A DNA stretch of 64,000 nucleotides from Diadema antillarum (taxonomy: Eukaryota), in contig NW_027272270.1 in the NCBI RefSeq assembly GCF_040938485.1, positions 124,001-188,000 on the forward strand. Direction: 5' to 3'. The translations under genes were made by a program, and so were the position numbers. The notes beneath the pieces were generated by a model. The model was not told the origin of the DNA and searched no databases. It saw nothing but the letters and a program-made list of their open reading frames with translations. This document shows positions 51,501-63,600 of the stretch, one piece after another (the first letter of the stretch is position 1; each line of letters opens with the position of its first letter).

Positions 51501-52055
51501 CAAAACATAGTCATCCGGATTTTTTTTTCTGCTGTCTTCAAAATGGATTTTAAGAAATGAATATTTGTCTGGGACAGGCGCAAGGTCTAGTTCATATCAA
51601 GCGTAAGCGTCTCAGTAGCACCTGACTTGGTTGTGTGTTCTTTTATGAGTTGATCTGTGAGCTCTGTCAACAATTTTCATAAAACGGTGTTAACTTCTTA
51701 AAAACACTTACGTATTTCACTCAAGTTTCAGTAGGTTTAAGTAAGTTTTGCACGATTGTATTTGTCTGGAGCTTTTAAATTGGCGTTGTTTCTTGATTTC
51801 TCCTGGAAGGCTGATGAAAAATTCGCAGTTGTTACGTAATCAGTCCGTTTTTGTGTTGTGCTGCAAAAAAAACAACACACACACAACTGTGTATGAATTA
51901 GTTTTTAAAACACACTTTCTTGCTACATTTTCTTTTCCTTGGACTTGGAGGTGACATCTATAACAATTTTGTTGATTTGATCGACAGGTTGTGCCAACGT
52001 TGGATGTATTGACAGGTCTCTCATCGTGGATAAAACCAAGCTTTGCCGATTATGA
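45532..52055 (+). CDS. HAO1: FMN-dependent (S)-2-hydroxy-acid oxidase, HAO1/glycolate-oxidase-like, paralogue B; 9 exons, 377 aa
   Basis: Exons 45532-45674, 46689-46840, 46984-47154, 47718-47823, 49351-49520, 50082-50173, 50570-50731, 51356-51425, 51988-52055; total 1134 nt. Exons 2-9 have the same sizes as in paralogue A. Same catalytic motifs; C-terminal CRL (PTS1 variant). The exon 6 donor is a weak GTTCGA. Confidence 0.93.
45712..45970 (-). mobile_element. Probable LINE (CR1/L2-group) 3' end
   Basis: GGGGACTGC…GCAGTCCCC stem-loop (45930-45970) and a (TGAAA)n tail on the minus strand; no ORF remains. Confidence 0.4.
48792..49297. mobile_element. piggyBac-like MITE (HAO-B intron 4)
   Basis: TTAA|CTCTTTATGAGCCATG…CATGGCACATAAAGAG|TTAA; internal 36-bp direct repeat at 48934-49012. 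Confidence 0.8.
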
Positions 52056-54604
52056 AAATGCTTGTAGTATACGAATCTAAAGGGGACAAAGATGGATCGT
52101 CTTATTTGTCCTGCTGCCTGTTCCAGAGGTCACATTATTCCTTCAAGATCATGTTGGAATAATGAATTTTAGAGGGGATACGTATTATGATTGAAAATCT
52201 TGACATAATCGCCAAAATGCCTAATGGCGTATTCGTTTGTGTGTATGTGGGTGCTTATGTTGCTATGTGATGGTACAACAACTTTGAAGTATTATTGTAC
52301 AGAAAAACATTATTAGTGAATTGTTCGAGGACTTTCTGTAACCTCTGCGATGATATTCCGAGATTCCATATCTAAGCTGTGGAAGCCAGCCATGTTTCAT
52401 TTTGTTTTTGCATGTTTGTTTTTGCTTTGTTTTTCTCTATGTATGATAGTCTCCTCAACACTCATACTCTTCTAACCTGTTCCCAATATATCATTTCTGT
52501 AGTATCAACAGTTATATTTACATTAGAATTTGTAATGGTTCTTGCAGGGAAAGAAGATTGAAGGTATATAGGTAGTAGGTACGATTATTGAAGTTTAGGA
52601 TGATGTGGCCCTTAAGGTGCGTAAGGATGTTACAGTGCGTGAGGGTTTAAAGGTCCAGCAAGCGAAGTCTAAGGTTTGGGAGGGTGACTGTAGATTTAGT
52701 AACAAAAGAATGCACATTAATAGACAAAACAGACCGTTTATTGAAATTCAATTTATTTTGGTTTATATGATATATATGGTGAGATTGTAGAATAAGTGGG
52801 TACTTGCATATTAGTGTCAATCATCACTCCTGATCATGCTGGTATAAGGTTTGAATTTAGACATAATAATCATAGAATTATTATATCATGGTAAATCATA
52901 TCGGATGAATGAATGAAATGCAATCATATCTTTATATGTGACAATGATGTGTTGTTGTTATTTTTTTTCGATGAACTGTCAGTTGAAACGGAAGTAACGA
53001 AGAAGGATGGGATCGATACGAGAAATAGAATGTAAATTATTACTTTTGGATTTTCTTGAAATGAATCTTAGAGATTATGATAAAGCAAATATTGAAAGTC
53101 CAAGGAGAAGAAAAGTAGAGGCGATTCCCGTCAGGAAGAGGTCCTCGGGACCGGCAGTTTCCTTCCGTTGTATAGAAATACAATTCTCTGATAGTGTTGG
53201 GTATTAATATTTACTTCGTTGTAACTTCAAGCAGAAAAAAGGTGAAGAAAAAAAAAACAACGAACTACGTCATAAAGAGGATGGTCATGCGGTGTTCAAT
53301 AAAATGAAGATATCTAGACCTGCAGCATGTGGATATCTGGTTTTCATTGTGGAATTTTGTATCACGATTTGGACAAACATATAGGTATAGTCAGTTGAAT
53401 GTTTAAATAAGACGCGAATATAGGGAGCTTACAGCATCGCGGAAGTAAGCTGTCGTAATAAGATCAAAAGAAAGTCTTTAAAAAGTCTGTTTTCCTCCTT
53501 TGCACAGTTAACTGCTTGTTACTTTAGTAATCGTGGTATACGTCACCTATCTTTTTTAGCTATAAAGATTAACCAGGATGAATTTCAATGTGGAAATGAG
53601 AATTTGTCCTTGTTTGCTTGATATTCACTCTGTATCAAATGATTCGTGGTTGGAAGTGGAATCAATAAAATGGAATACTGAATAAAAAGACAACAGCTAC
53701 CTGAAAGATTCGCTTTTTTCACTATAATGGACATTATTTGAGTTTGGTTGACGCGTCGTCTGGGGTGCATGGAAATTATATGTAATAATTTTAGATGATA
53801 AAAAAAATCTATAAGTCACACAGTGGTCTATTATATGACACCCATACATTATCTGATATACTCGTATGACGACATTCATGGTATAGTACGCTAACACATG
53901 AATGTCGTCACAGTGTAGCACATTTTTTTTTCCATCAGCAATTTGTTTTCAATATCACTTTATGTTTAGTCATATGGTGCTATATAGACCTATCACTGAA
54001 AAAGATTTTATTGGTACATTATATATTTTTGTAAATTTTTGCGCATGTGTAAGAAAAGGTAGGCGCATGTGCATATCATTTTCCTTTTCCCTTCTTTTTT
54101 ATATCTACCCCAAGGCTACAATCATCCAAAGGTGCAAGTAATGGTTTACGATGATTATCTTTTGTAACTTTAAGAGCCCCGACGAAGAATTATCGGAATT
54201 TCAAATGATCCATCTACCTTGATACCCCCACCCCCTTTGCTTATCCCCAGCACATGTATTTACAAGTAATGGATTACAAGGAATTTATTCTGTAGCTTTG
54301 ATAACCACAACCAAGACGGATAATATTAAATGTCAAACATTGGGAAACCCTGTTCATCTCCATCCCCACACCCCAATTATGGAAAACTGTTCAATGTTTG
54401 TCCTTCATCTCGAGTAGGTATGGGCTGCATTTGCATTTGTACTTTGAGCGGCTTTGCCGAGCCTGAGACTCGCCATATTTGGCTAGATCAACGCTTCCGT
54501 CGTTGCCTCAAAAGATTATTCACTTTTGGATGTTTACATGGTGTCACGGCTCGTACCACATCTTCATTTTGCTGCCGACACGTCGCCCACCAAGGATAGG
54601 TACC

Positions 54605-57600
54605 ATGACGCTGGAAATCTTCGGATATTCCATGTCTTTGACATGGCTTCTCGTCTTGACAATCGCCTTTCTTGTGGTCGTGTTTCTACTGTAAGTATAG
54701 GCTAATCAGTCAACGAACACAGGAATGATGTGTTCAAACGCCTATCCTTTCAATAGACCGTTCCTACATTGGTCCCCTTATACTACATGGGGCCTATACA
54801 CTGCAACGTCTCTTTCATTCAGCGTCCCTTTATTATGATGTGTGCTATGCTATACCTTATTGTGAAATGTTTGGTGGTGTAGACAATTGAGCATCATACT
54901 GAAACTCGATTGTCAACCGTACACGATGAGATGACTGACTGTAATGCTTTAGTTTCATATATCAATTCACTGCTTACTATTTTATTTCCTAGGCTGTCCG
55001 AAAGTGTCGTAAAAAGGCACAATGATTTTCACTATACACTGCAAGCCATAATGGTCGAACTAATGTCATCCAAGCGTATAATTACATTGTAGTATAGTAG
55101 TAGTAGTAGCTCACGGAAGTAATGAATGCTGTAAGCCAGAATATAGGTGTGTGGTGCACAAGAGCAGGCCTTCAACTCGTAGAACTTGTTGAAAAGTGAT
55201 GGCTGTATTGGATGTCTGCCTATATGGTCTGCTGACATGAATGAGATAAAAGTTTGGCAGGGGCGGATCCAGGAATTCCGTAAAGGGGATGCGCCTTTAC
55301 AAAATTAAAGGAGTCGCACGAGCACCCCTCCCCCATTTTTTTCATTTTATTTCTTTAGTTTTAAGAAAGAATAGAAAGGGGGCCCGCGCCTGGTGCGCCC
55401 CCCTCTTGATCCGCCACTGTGTGGGGTATTTCTTTTCTTGAGAAAATTAAAGTAATTAAATAGTTCTGTTGTGATTTTATTGTGACCGCATTTTCACAGG
55501 GAGTCTGCAAACCAAGATCCTGTAGTAAAGAGTGCAGCTGCAGTTTAAAGATAATATTTCCCATTCAACGTCAAACACGAGTAACAGGACGTTACTATGG
55601 TAATGTCACATTCGGCAACACAATAAATGATACCAGGCCTGGGAGGTCCATCCTAAACACGCACTCTCACGTTTTACTCCTAAAAGTAAAGGCACAGGGA
55701 TGTTTTGGCTCGTTGGGACTAGCATCATGCTTACTTAGGTTTTACAGATATCGTCATAATTATGATGATGATGATAATNNNNNNNNNNNNNNNNNNNNNN
55801 NNNNNNNNNNNNNNNNNNNNNNNNNNNNNNNNNNNNNNNNNNNNNNNNNNNNNNNNNNNNNNNNNNNNNNNNNNNNNNNNNNNNNNNNNNNNNNNNNNNN
55901 NNNNNNNNNNNNNTACCCTCTTCACTATTGACATTATTGTACCAGAGGGCCTGCCATTATTACAAGTGTATAATACCCTTCCAATGCCAGGTAGGCCTAT
56001 GATATACCCACTTACACACCTGGGTCGAGAGGGACATGATAGGCAAAAACAGCTTGCCCGAGAACATAACTACTGTACTGAATTCGAACTCGGGTCACCC
56101 GACTGAAAGTCAGGAATCTTGTCCACTATAATAATGCCACAGTGTCCCCGAATTAAGGGTTTCTGCTGTCAATCTAATCAATTTTAACACTTTCCGTTTG
56201 ATTTCATCAGGTACGATACATGGTGCCACACCTACTGGCGACGGAAGGGCGTGGTCTACCATCCCGCACTACCTATTATTGGTAGTCTAGAGTTCAGCAT
56301 GGTAATTATCAGAGAACATAATGGTATAAATCGAAAGTCACTAATTAAGTGTTTGGTTGTTGTTTTTTTAGCATCCGTTATACTATCTATTCTATCTGTT
56401 ATCATACGGGCGTGATAGTGTCGACTGAAACGCATACATGCATACTGTTACACATTTTAATTGTATGTTTTCAGCTTCTCATTTGAAGAAGAAGCTTATC
56501 AGTTAGGGGAAAAAAAAAAGAAAACTACAACGTAAATGTAGAATGAAATTGCTTTATTAGTCACAGTACATAGAAAACAAGCAGATGCCCTGATTACGCA
56601 GAGTGAGTGTTTTGACATACGGCATTGAACCAACCTGTAAAGAGATCTAATGTTAAGAGGTACAAAGTCAAAGAAAATGAAACATCAATAACATCACTCC
56701 CAATATCATAATTTACTTATATAGCTACAAGTTACAAAAACTTTTTTTCTGAATTCACCACCCTTTGTTTCTCTTCCAGGGTCGGTGAAACAACCGGTCA
56801 GCTTAGTCGAATACTGAGCCATATCATTTGTCAAAATGAGATGCATAATTCTTGCCTGCATGTGGAATATTTAAGGGTTTACGGTAACAGACTTCTAACC
56901 CACCAGTAGTAAAAGTTGATGGTTGGAAACCGAGCGGAAGTACCACTTTGCTATTTTCTTTGATATTTCCCTCTTGTTCATTCTCAGGGAGTTCCAGAAG
57001 TTTTCACCTTCTTAGCAAAGAAATATGGCCGAGTTTATGGGTATGTACTATTATTTGCCGTCCAGTTTTGTCTCACCTCCCTGCATGATGACATAATCGT
57101 CATAAGTATGATGAGATAATGCAAATAATGATATTCATGTTGATAATGATGATCATTTTGATAGCGGTAAGGTCGTCATGTGCATTTGAAAGATATCATG
57201 GATATCATAATTTGGACATTGAATGGCTCAATCGTTGATTTTGGAGCTGATAATCTTATCTGTTAATTAAAGAGTAGAGGACAGTCATAAAGTCAGACCA
57301 CAAACATTTTGCATGGACGATATAAGTGCCAAAGGCACACAATAGTAATGTTGTGAATGTTAAAACAGATCATGCAGTTCTGACAAGTGTAGAGTTGACT
57401 TACAGTCTCTGAAATTGCAACACATGTTGTAAATAATTCTGTCACAGCGTGTTTGATTTGATTTGATTTGATTTATTTCTGCATTTTTCACAAAGTTATA
57501 AAACATAAACAATTTTCCAGTGCTATAGTATAACACATCATATCCAACACATGATGAATAGACCTGTTACTGTTGATATGCTGGTTTTGTTAATGCAATT

Positions 57601-60600
57601 GTGTTGTTTAGTGTTTGTGTGGTTTTTTTTTTGTATGACACAAGTGCACGTAGATACACCAGTATGAAGCGCCATATAAATGCAATTGTTATTATTATTA
57701 TCATATCATTATTATTATTATTATTATTATTATCATTAATAGAAATACAGTCATAATGTACAAATAATGAAATATCGTATCGGTGAATTATAATACATAT
57801 AATCATACAACTAAGCTATTGCTTAAAATCATATACAAAATGCAAGAGACCGTCATCTTAAGCTGAAGCTTGAGTTTGATGGCGGCCTCGCATGTGATGT
57901 TGTAATGATGTAATGGGTTTCTTGCAATGCTTTAGTACCATTTTAGTCATGCGATCATTAACCTCTTTTCATATCACAGAGTCTACGCCCCTCGAATACC
58001 CATGCTGGTGGTTGGAGATCCCGATATGCTTAGACTTATCATGGTGAAAAACTTCAGCAATTTCCACAATAGACTGGTAAGAATGTGTAAAGCGTTCAGG
58101 CACAAATTCTCCACATTATGAATTGTGTGGGAATTATTTACTGACCACTCACTGAGTATTGCATTGTATTTCTTGGTTATCGTTTTGTTCANNNNNNNNN
58201 NNNNNNNNNNNNNNNNNNNNNNNNNNNNNNNNNNNNNNNNNNNNNNNNNNNNNNNNNNNNNNNNNNNNNNNNNNNNNNNNNNNNNNNNNNNNNNNNNNNN
58301 NNNNNNNNNNNNNNNNNNNNNNNNNNNNNNNNNNNNNNNNNNNNTTTGAATATATCTGTGGTTTGGGTAACATGTTTGTTAGCATGAATCAGCATCAGCT
58401 ACTAAATAAGAGAAAAGAAAATTACAATCATTTTTTCAGATCATTCTTATGGAACATTTTCTCAGACCAAATATTAATTAGTCACTCGACGTACTCATAA
58501 GAGTAGTATAATTATGATTATGTCATCACCAACTGAGGCATTGGATACATCTCTATATTGACAGGATTTTGCGCTGAATAACAGAGAACTGCGTCAAGCA
58601 CTCCCCTCGTTAGAGGACGAACGATGGCGCGAGGTACGCAATCTACTCACCCCGACCTTCAGCGCAGCCAAGATGAGACAGGTGAGATTCTTCTGGCCCT
58701 CGGCTACAGTCAAAAACACAGACACAGACACAGACACAGACACAGACACAGACACAGACACAGATACAGATACAGACACAGACGCAGACACCGAAACCGA
58801 CACCGACACAGACACAAACACAAACACAGACACAGATACAGACACAAACACGAACACGGACACAGACACAGACACAGACACCGACATCGACACAGACACA
58901 GACACGGAGACACAGACACAGACACATACACAGACACGGGCACAGGCACAGGCACACACAGAGACATACAAACATTATACATACACAGACATACAAACAA
59001 ACGGATGTACATACACACAGTGCCCTATCATTACTCATCCATAAAGCATATAAATTCGTAAATAGGCCAACATGTATGTAAAGACAATTACGTACTAATT
59101 TCGCATCATCCAAGACTAAAAAGGGAGCACCTGATGAGGATGAACCTTCTAAGGACCACATCCCAGAAATACTTTGGGTATTTTCTGCAAATCAAAGAAT
59201 GTAACACCAGAGTGAATATACCAGTAGCTCTCTGAAGACACTTTGTAAATGCAGTCAACTTCCTCTGAGTCGAATCTAAAGAAACCGAAATTAATACTTC
59301 GTCTTACCAGAATTAAGACTTACGCGATAGAATTAGCACATGTTTTTCATGTTTTTTACCTATCCGAGTTAGAAATGTCTTCCACTTAGCTAATTATTTT
59401 TCGACTGTTGCGAGGTCGACTTAAGCGAGACAAGACAAATGTGTGAAATTCTGTCATGGCTGCTGCACCGTCACCAATGTGCACCGTCAACAATAAACCA
59501 TTTAATGTTGCTCAATCTTCCAACAAACAATACACAAATAGAGAGGCACGAGCGAATAGCACCATGACAAGCATAATCCTGGGTAAATGGTGCAAAAAAA
59601 GTTTAAACATGTGTCAACGTTCTGAATTTCAAGATGTCCAATTTGGTGAACAAGGCCGCTGACAAACTCATGGAGCACATTGGGTCTCAGCAGGAGAAAG
59701 ACGGCTACATCGAGTGCAAAAGGTAATAATAACTGTCTGCATAGTGCAGGGAAATGCTCCAAAAGGCCTGAATTTCCATCTCATCGGTTGAGAATAATAA
59801 GGGTGTTAAGTTGCCACAAAAGTTATAGTGTTCGCGGCACCTAAGAGTCTGTAGTTTTGACCAATGTCACAATCTCTTGAAAGCACATGAGAATTTAAAG
59901 TTTCGTTCGTTCTGTAGATAATATCTATATCATAATGGCAACATAATGTCATACCCTAATTGTTTCGAAACTGAAAACCCATCTCAGAAATGTTACGGTA
60001 TAATAGACTAGTATGCGATATCATATTTTAGAACTATGGATTGAGGATTGTTTTCATTAATATTTGAAACAAGAATTATCATTTTTGCAACGCCGCAGGT
60101 GATGATCATAAATTAAAAAATATATAAAAAGGAACCTATTTTTTATCTTAATGGGCGGTACTCATTTATATGAGAGTGGCACATATCTGAAAGATTACAA
60201 CGAAACCTATTCAAGGCCAATCGTTATCAATTAGTAAAAAGATATCCCCCCAAAATGTAAATTACTTCATTTATGCAGGCTCACAACAAAACATTGCAAA
60301 TTACATGGCGATTGTAAGTGATATCCTTTTGTCTTTTAAGTCTGAGGATTGCATTGAAAACATTATCGGAATGCCAGCTTTGACTTACGTTAGTTTTGTT
60401 TAATTTCATGTCATTTATTTATGTCTTCACGAGTAAAAAAAAAAAAAAATGCAGACCAATACCTGACATTCAAAGGGGGTGCGATACATCTTGATCAAAA
60501 ATCATTATACAACGATAAAAACATGAAAATTCATTTCTTTGTCAAGTAACGAACAATACAAGATGAAATAAACTATGCTGCTTGTTTACAGTCCCAGATG

Positions 60601-63600
60601 ATTAAGATAAACATCCTGTGAACATTCTCTCACCTTGTAATTTTGAGAAATTGTAAATTTGCGCTTTTCCAGTGTCAAGTCGATAACCATGAACTTTATT
60701 CCTTGATGCTGGTGCGACAGTGTCTTCGGGTCGTTCGTGATGGACGTCATAGGAAGCTGTGCATTCGGCTTAGACGTGGATTCTCAGGCCAACCCCAAAG
60801 ACCCTTTCGTGGCCCACGCCAGGCGAGCCTTCACCTTCGATGCGAAAAGTCCTCTAGTCGCTCTCTCGAGTACGATATCCTGCAGTAGAATTTTACCGGT
60901 CACGACCAAACCTTTCCCACCATTCTAATCACTGTGCATTTTTAGTATGTCTGCCATATCCATGTGCATGTATCTACGTTTATTGATATGTATGTGTGCA
61001 TTCTATGTATGTACCAATGTAATGTGTATTCATGCAATCAAAACAAAATTCCATAAGTGGACAATGAAATAGAATAGAAGTGAATTGAATTGAACCTCGA
61101 AAGACGCAATTGATATCGCTGCAATATGGCAATGACATATTATTCAGAAGTAATTTGCAACAGAGTTATAGTTAGGTGGGATCATGACAGTGAGAAACTG
61201 TTGATTATTCACTCGCAGTACCGATATCCGATTTTCTCAGGCGAACGTGTCCGAACGGTCAACTTTTGACTGATCTGCCCACTGAGCTGTTGTTTTCACT
61301 GAGACTAACGGAAACTTGCATCGCAATTGACTAACAAATTGCCCCTCATCGACGTAAATAACAGATGGATATTTATTGTTTTGAGTGCATGAGTGAAATC
61401 ATGGGGTGNNNNNNNNNNNNNNNNNNNNNNNNNNNNNNNNNNNNNNNNNNNNNNNNNNNNNNNNNNNNNNNNNNNNNNNNNNNNNNNNNNNNNNNNNNNN
61501 NNNNNNNNNNNNNNNNNNNNNNNNNNNNNNNNNNNNNNNNNNNNNNNNNNNNTCGAAACATGGGGGAACCATAAAGTAATTTTGACGGTCGGTACTATGC
61601 TTGTGCGTGTGTGCGTGAGCAATAATGGGACTACAATACATTACGGAATGTGATACATTCAACAACGCAGTCATTGAGGAACATTGTAAGTTTTCCTTAC
61701 ATGGATTATGGAATGACGGTGTGAAACGATCGACAAATAATATACTGTCAGCAACATAAGGTGAATGGCATAACAATAAAATGCGAGCGAGCGAAGCGAG
61801 CGAGCTTGAAAATTTTGATATTCTACAGTTCCAAAACTGGAGTTTTAATCGTAGCTACATATTTCGCTTTGAAATAAATGGGGGCGCATCGGGCGCAATT
61901 GCTGGCAATTATTGGCAGCAACATTTAGGAGAATGGCATAACGATTCAATGCGAGCGAGCGAAGCGAGCGAGCTTGAAAATTTTGATATTCTACAGTCCC
62001 AAAACTGGGGTTTGTAGCTTTATCTTTCACTTTGGAAATTAATGGGGCGGCGCATCGGGCGCAACTGCTGGCAATTACTGGCAGCAACATTAGGAGAATG
62101 GCATAACGATTCAATGCGAGCGAGCAAAGCGAGCGAGCTTGAGAATTTTGACATTTTACAGTCCAAAAACTCCCGTTTGTAGCTATATCTTTCGCTTTGG
62201 AAATTAAGGGGGGGGGGGCATCGGACGCAACTGCTGGCAATTACTGGCAGCAACATTAGGAGAGTGGCATAACGATTCAATGCGAGCGAGCGAAGCGAGC
62301 GAGCTTGAAAATTTTGACATTTTACAGTCCCAAAACTCCCGTTTGTAGCTATATTTATCTTTCGCTTTGGAAATTAAGGGGTGGGGGCATCGGGCGCAAC
62401 TACTGGCAATTACTGTCAGCAATATGATAATAACGATATTGATAATAACATCAATAATACTATGATAATAGTGATAATAATGTAATGATAACAATAATAG
62501 CAAGAATAATTTTTATAATAATCATTAAAGAAGGGAGCATAAATTTAGCGCATGGTCTATCGGACTACAGAAGATTCATAATGCAGTTGATATACATGTA
62601 ATATCACACACAATTCACCCTAAGACCATTATAGACCATTTACGTTTGTATTTCTTTTTTGTTACATCCTTTCGTCTTGACCATTGGCAAACATTCATTA
62701 TAAAATGCTTTAGTATTCATACTTTGTAATTTGTTGAAAGTTTGGGCTCGACTCTGGCAAGCTTTTGGACTTGTTCTTGGTAACTTTTTTTACGATGCTT
62801 GAGATTTGAAACCGCTATCTTAAAATCATACAAAATTATAACACTCACTTCGTACGTTACTGATATTATCCTACGTCAATCATGCTCTCTTTATCCCAAG
62901 TCTCCTCCCTCTTTCTCTCTCTCTCTCTCCCTCACTTGTGATATTCATTATAATCTCTTTTTTTTATATTTCCCTCCACAGGTTTATTTCCTGCACTGGG
63001 AGAAATTTTCAACTTCCTAGGAATCGTGAGATTCATTCCTAAGGACGTAGTGGCATTTTTCGCCGACATCACGAAGAAAACTGTGGCCCTTCGGAAGTCG
63101 GCCCCTCAAAGCAACAAAGGCAAGGTAGGTGAGGGTCGCACAGACTCACTTCAGTTATTTTGTGTACAATTAGCGATAGCTCTGTCCCCATCCATGTAAA
63201 TGTAAATGTAAATATAGATATAGATATAGATATAGATATAGATATAGATAGAGATAGAGATAGAGATAGAGATAGAGATATAACATTATATATATACATG
63301 CTTTATGCATTTTGTCATGTTCTGTCTCAGAGTATAGTCTGGTGTTATATGTACAGTATTATTTTGTTATCATTATTTCCATTTGTATTGATGGTTGTTG
63401 CTGTTGCCGTTAAGACATCATTAACGTTTTGATAGGTAATTCGTAATCATTGTGCACCTATTTTAAATGATTTTCTCAACGATATGGCATCAGTTTTAAC
63501 TGGTGAAATTGATACAAATTGAAGAATACGAAGGGGGCGGTGACATATTCCATCTCGTGAAAGTTATTTAGCTTTGCGTGTTGTCAAAACAGTTCATACT

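Noticed and set aside
58594-59161. Several 100-170-aa ORFs (poly-HR, DT, VS, CL)
   Set aside because: Hexanucleotide microsatellite lacking stop codons.
59121-59195. Hammerhead-ribozyme-like string CTGATGA-GGATG…CATCC-CA-GAAA-TAC…GTAT
   Set aside because: Two extra bases lie between stem II and GAAA and there is no stem I pairing; an Infernal hammerhead search would settle whether it is a decayed copy.
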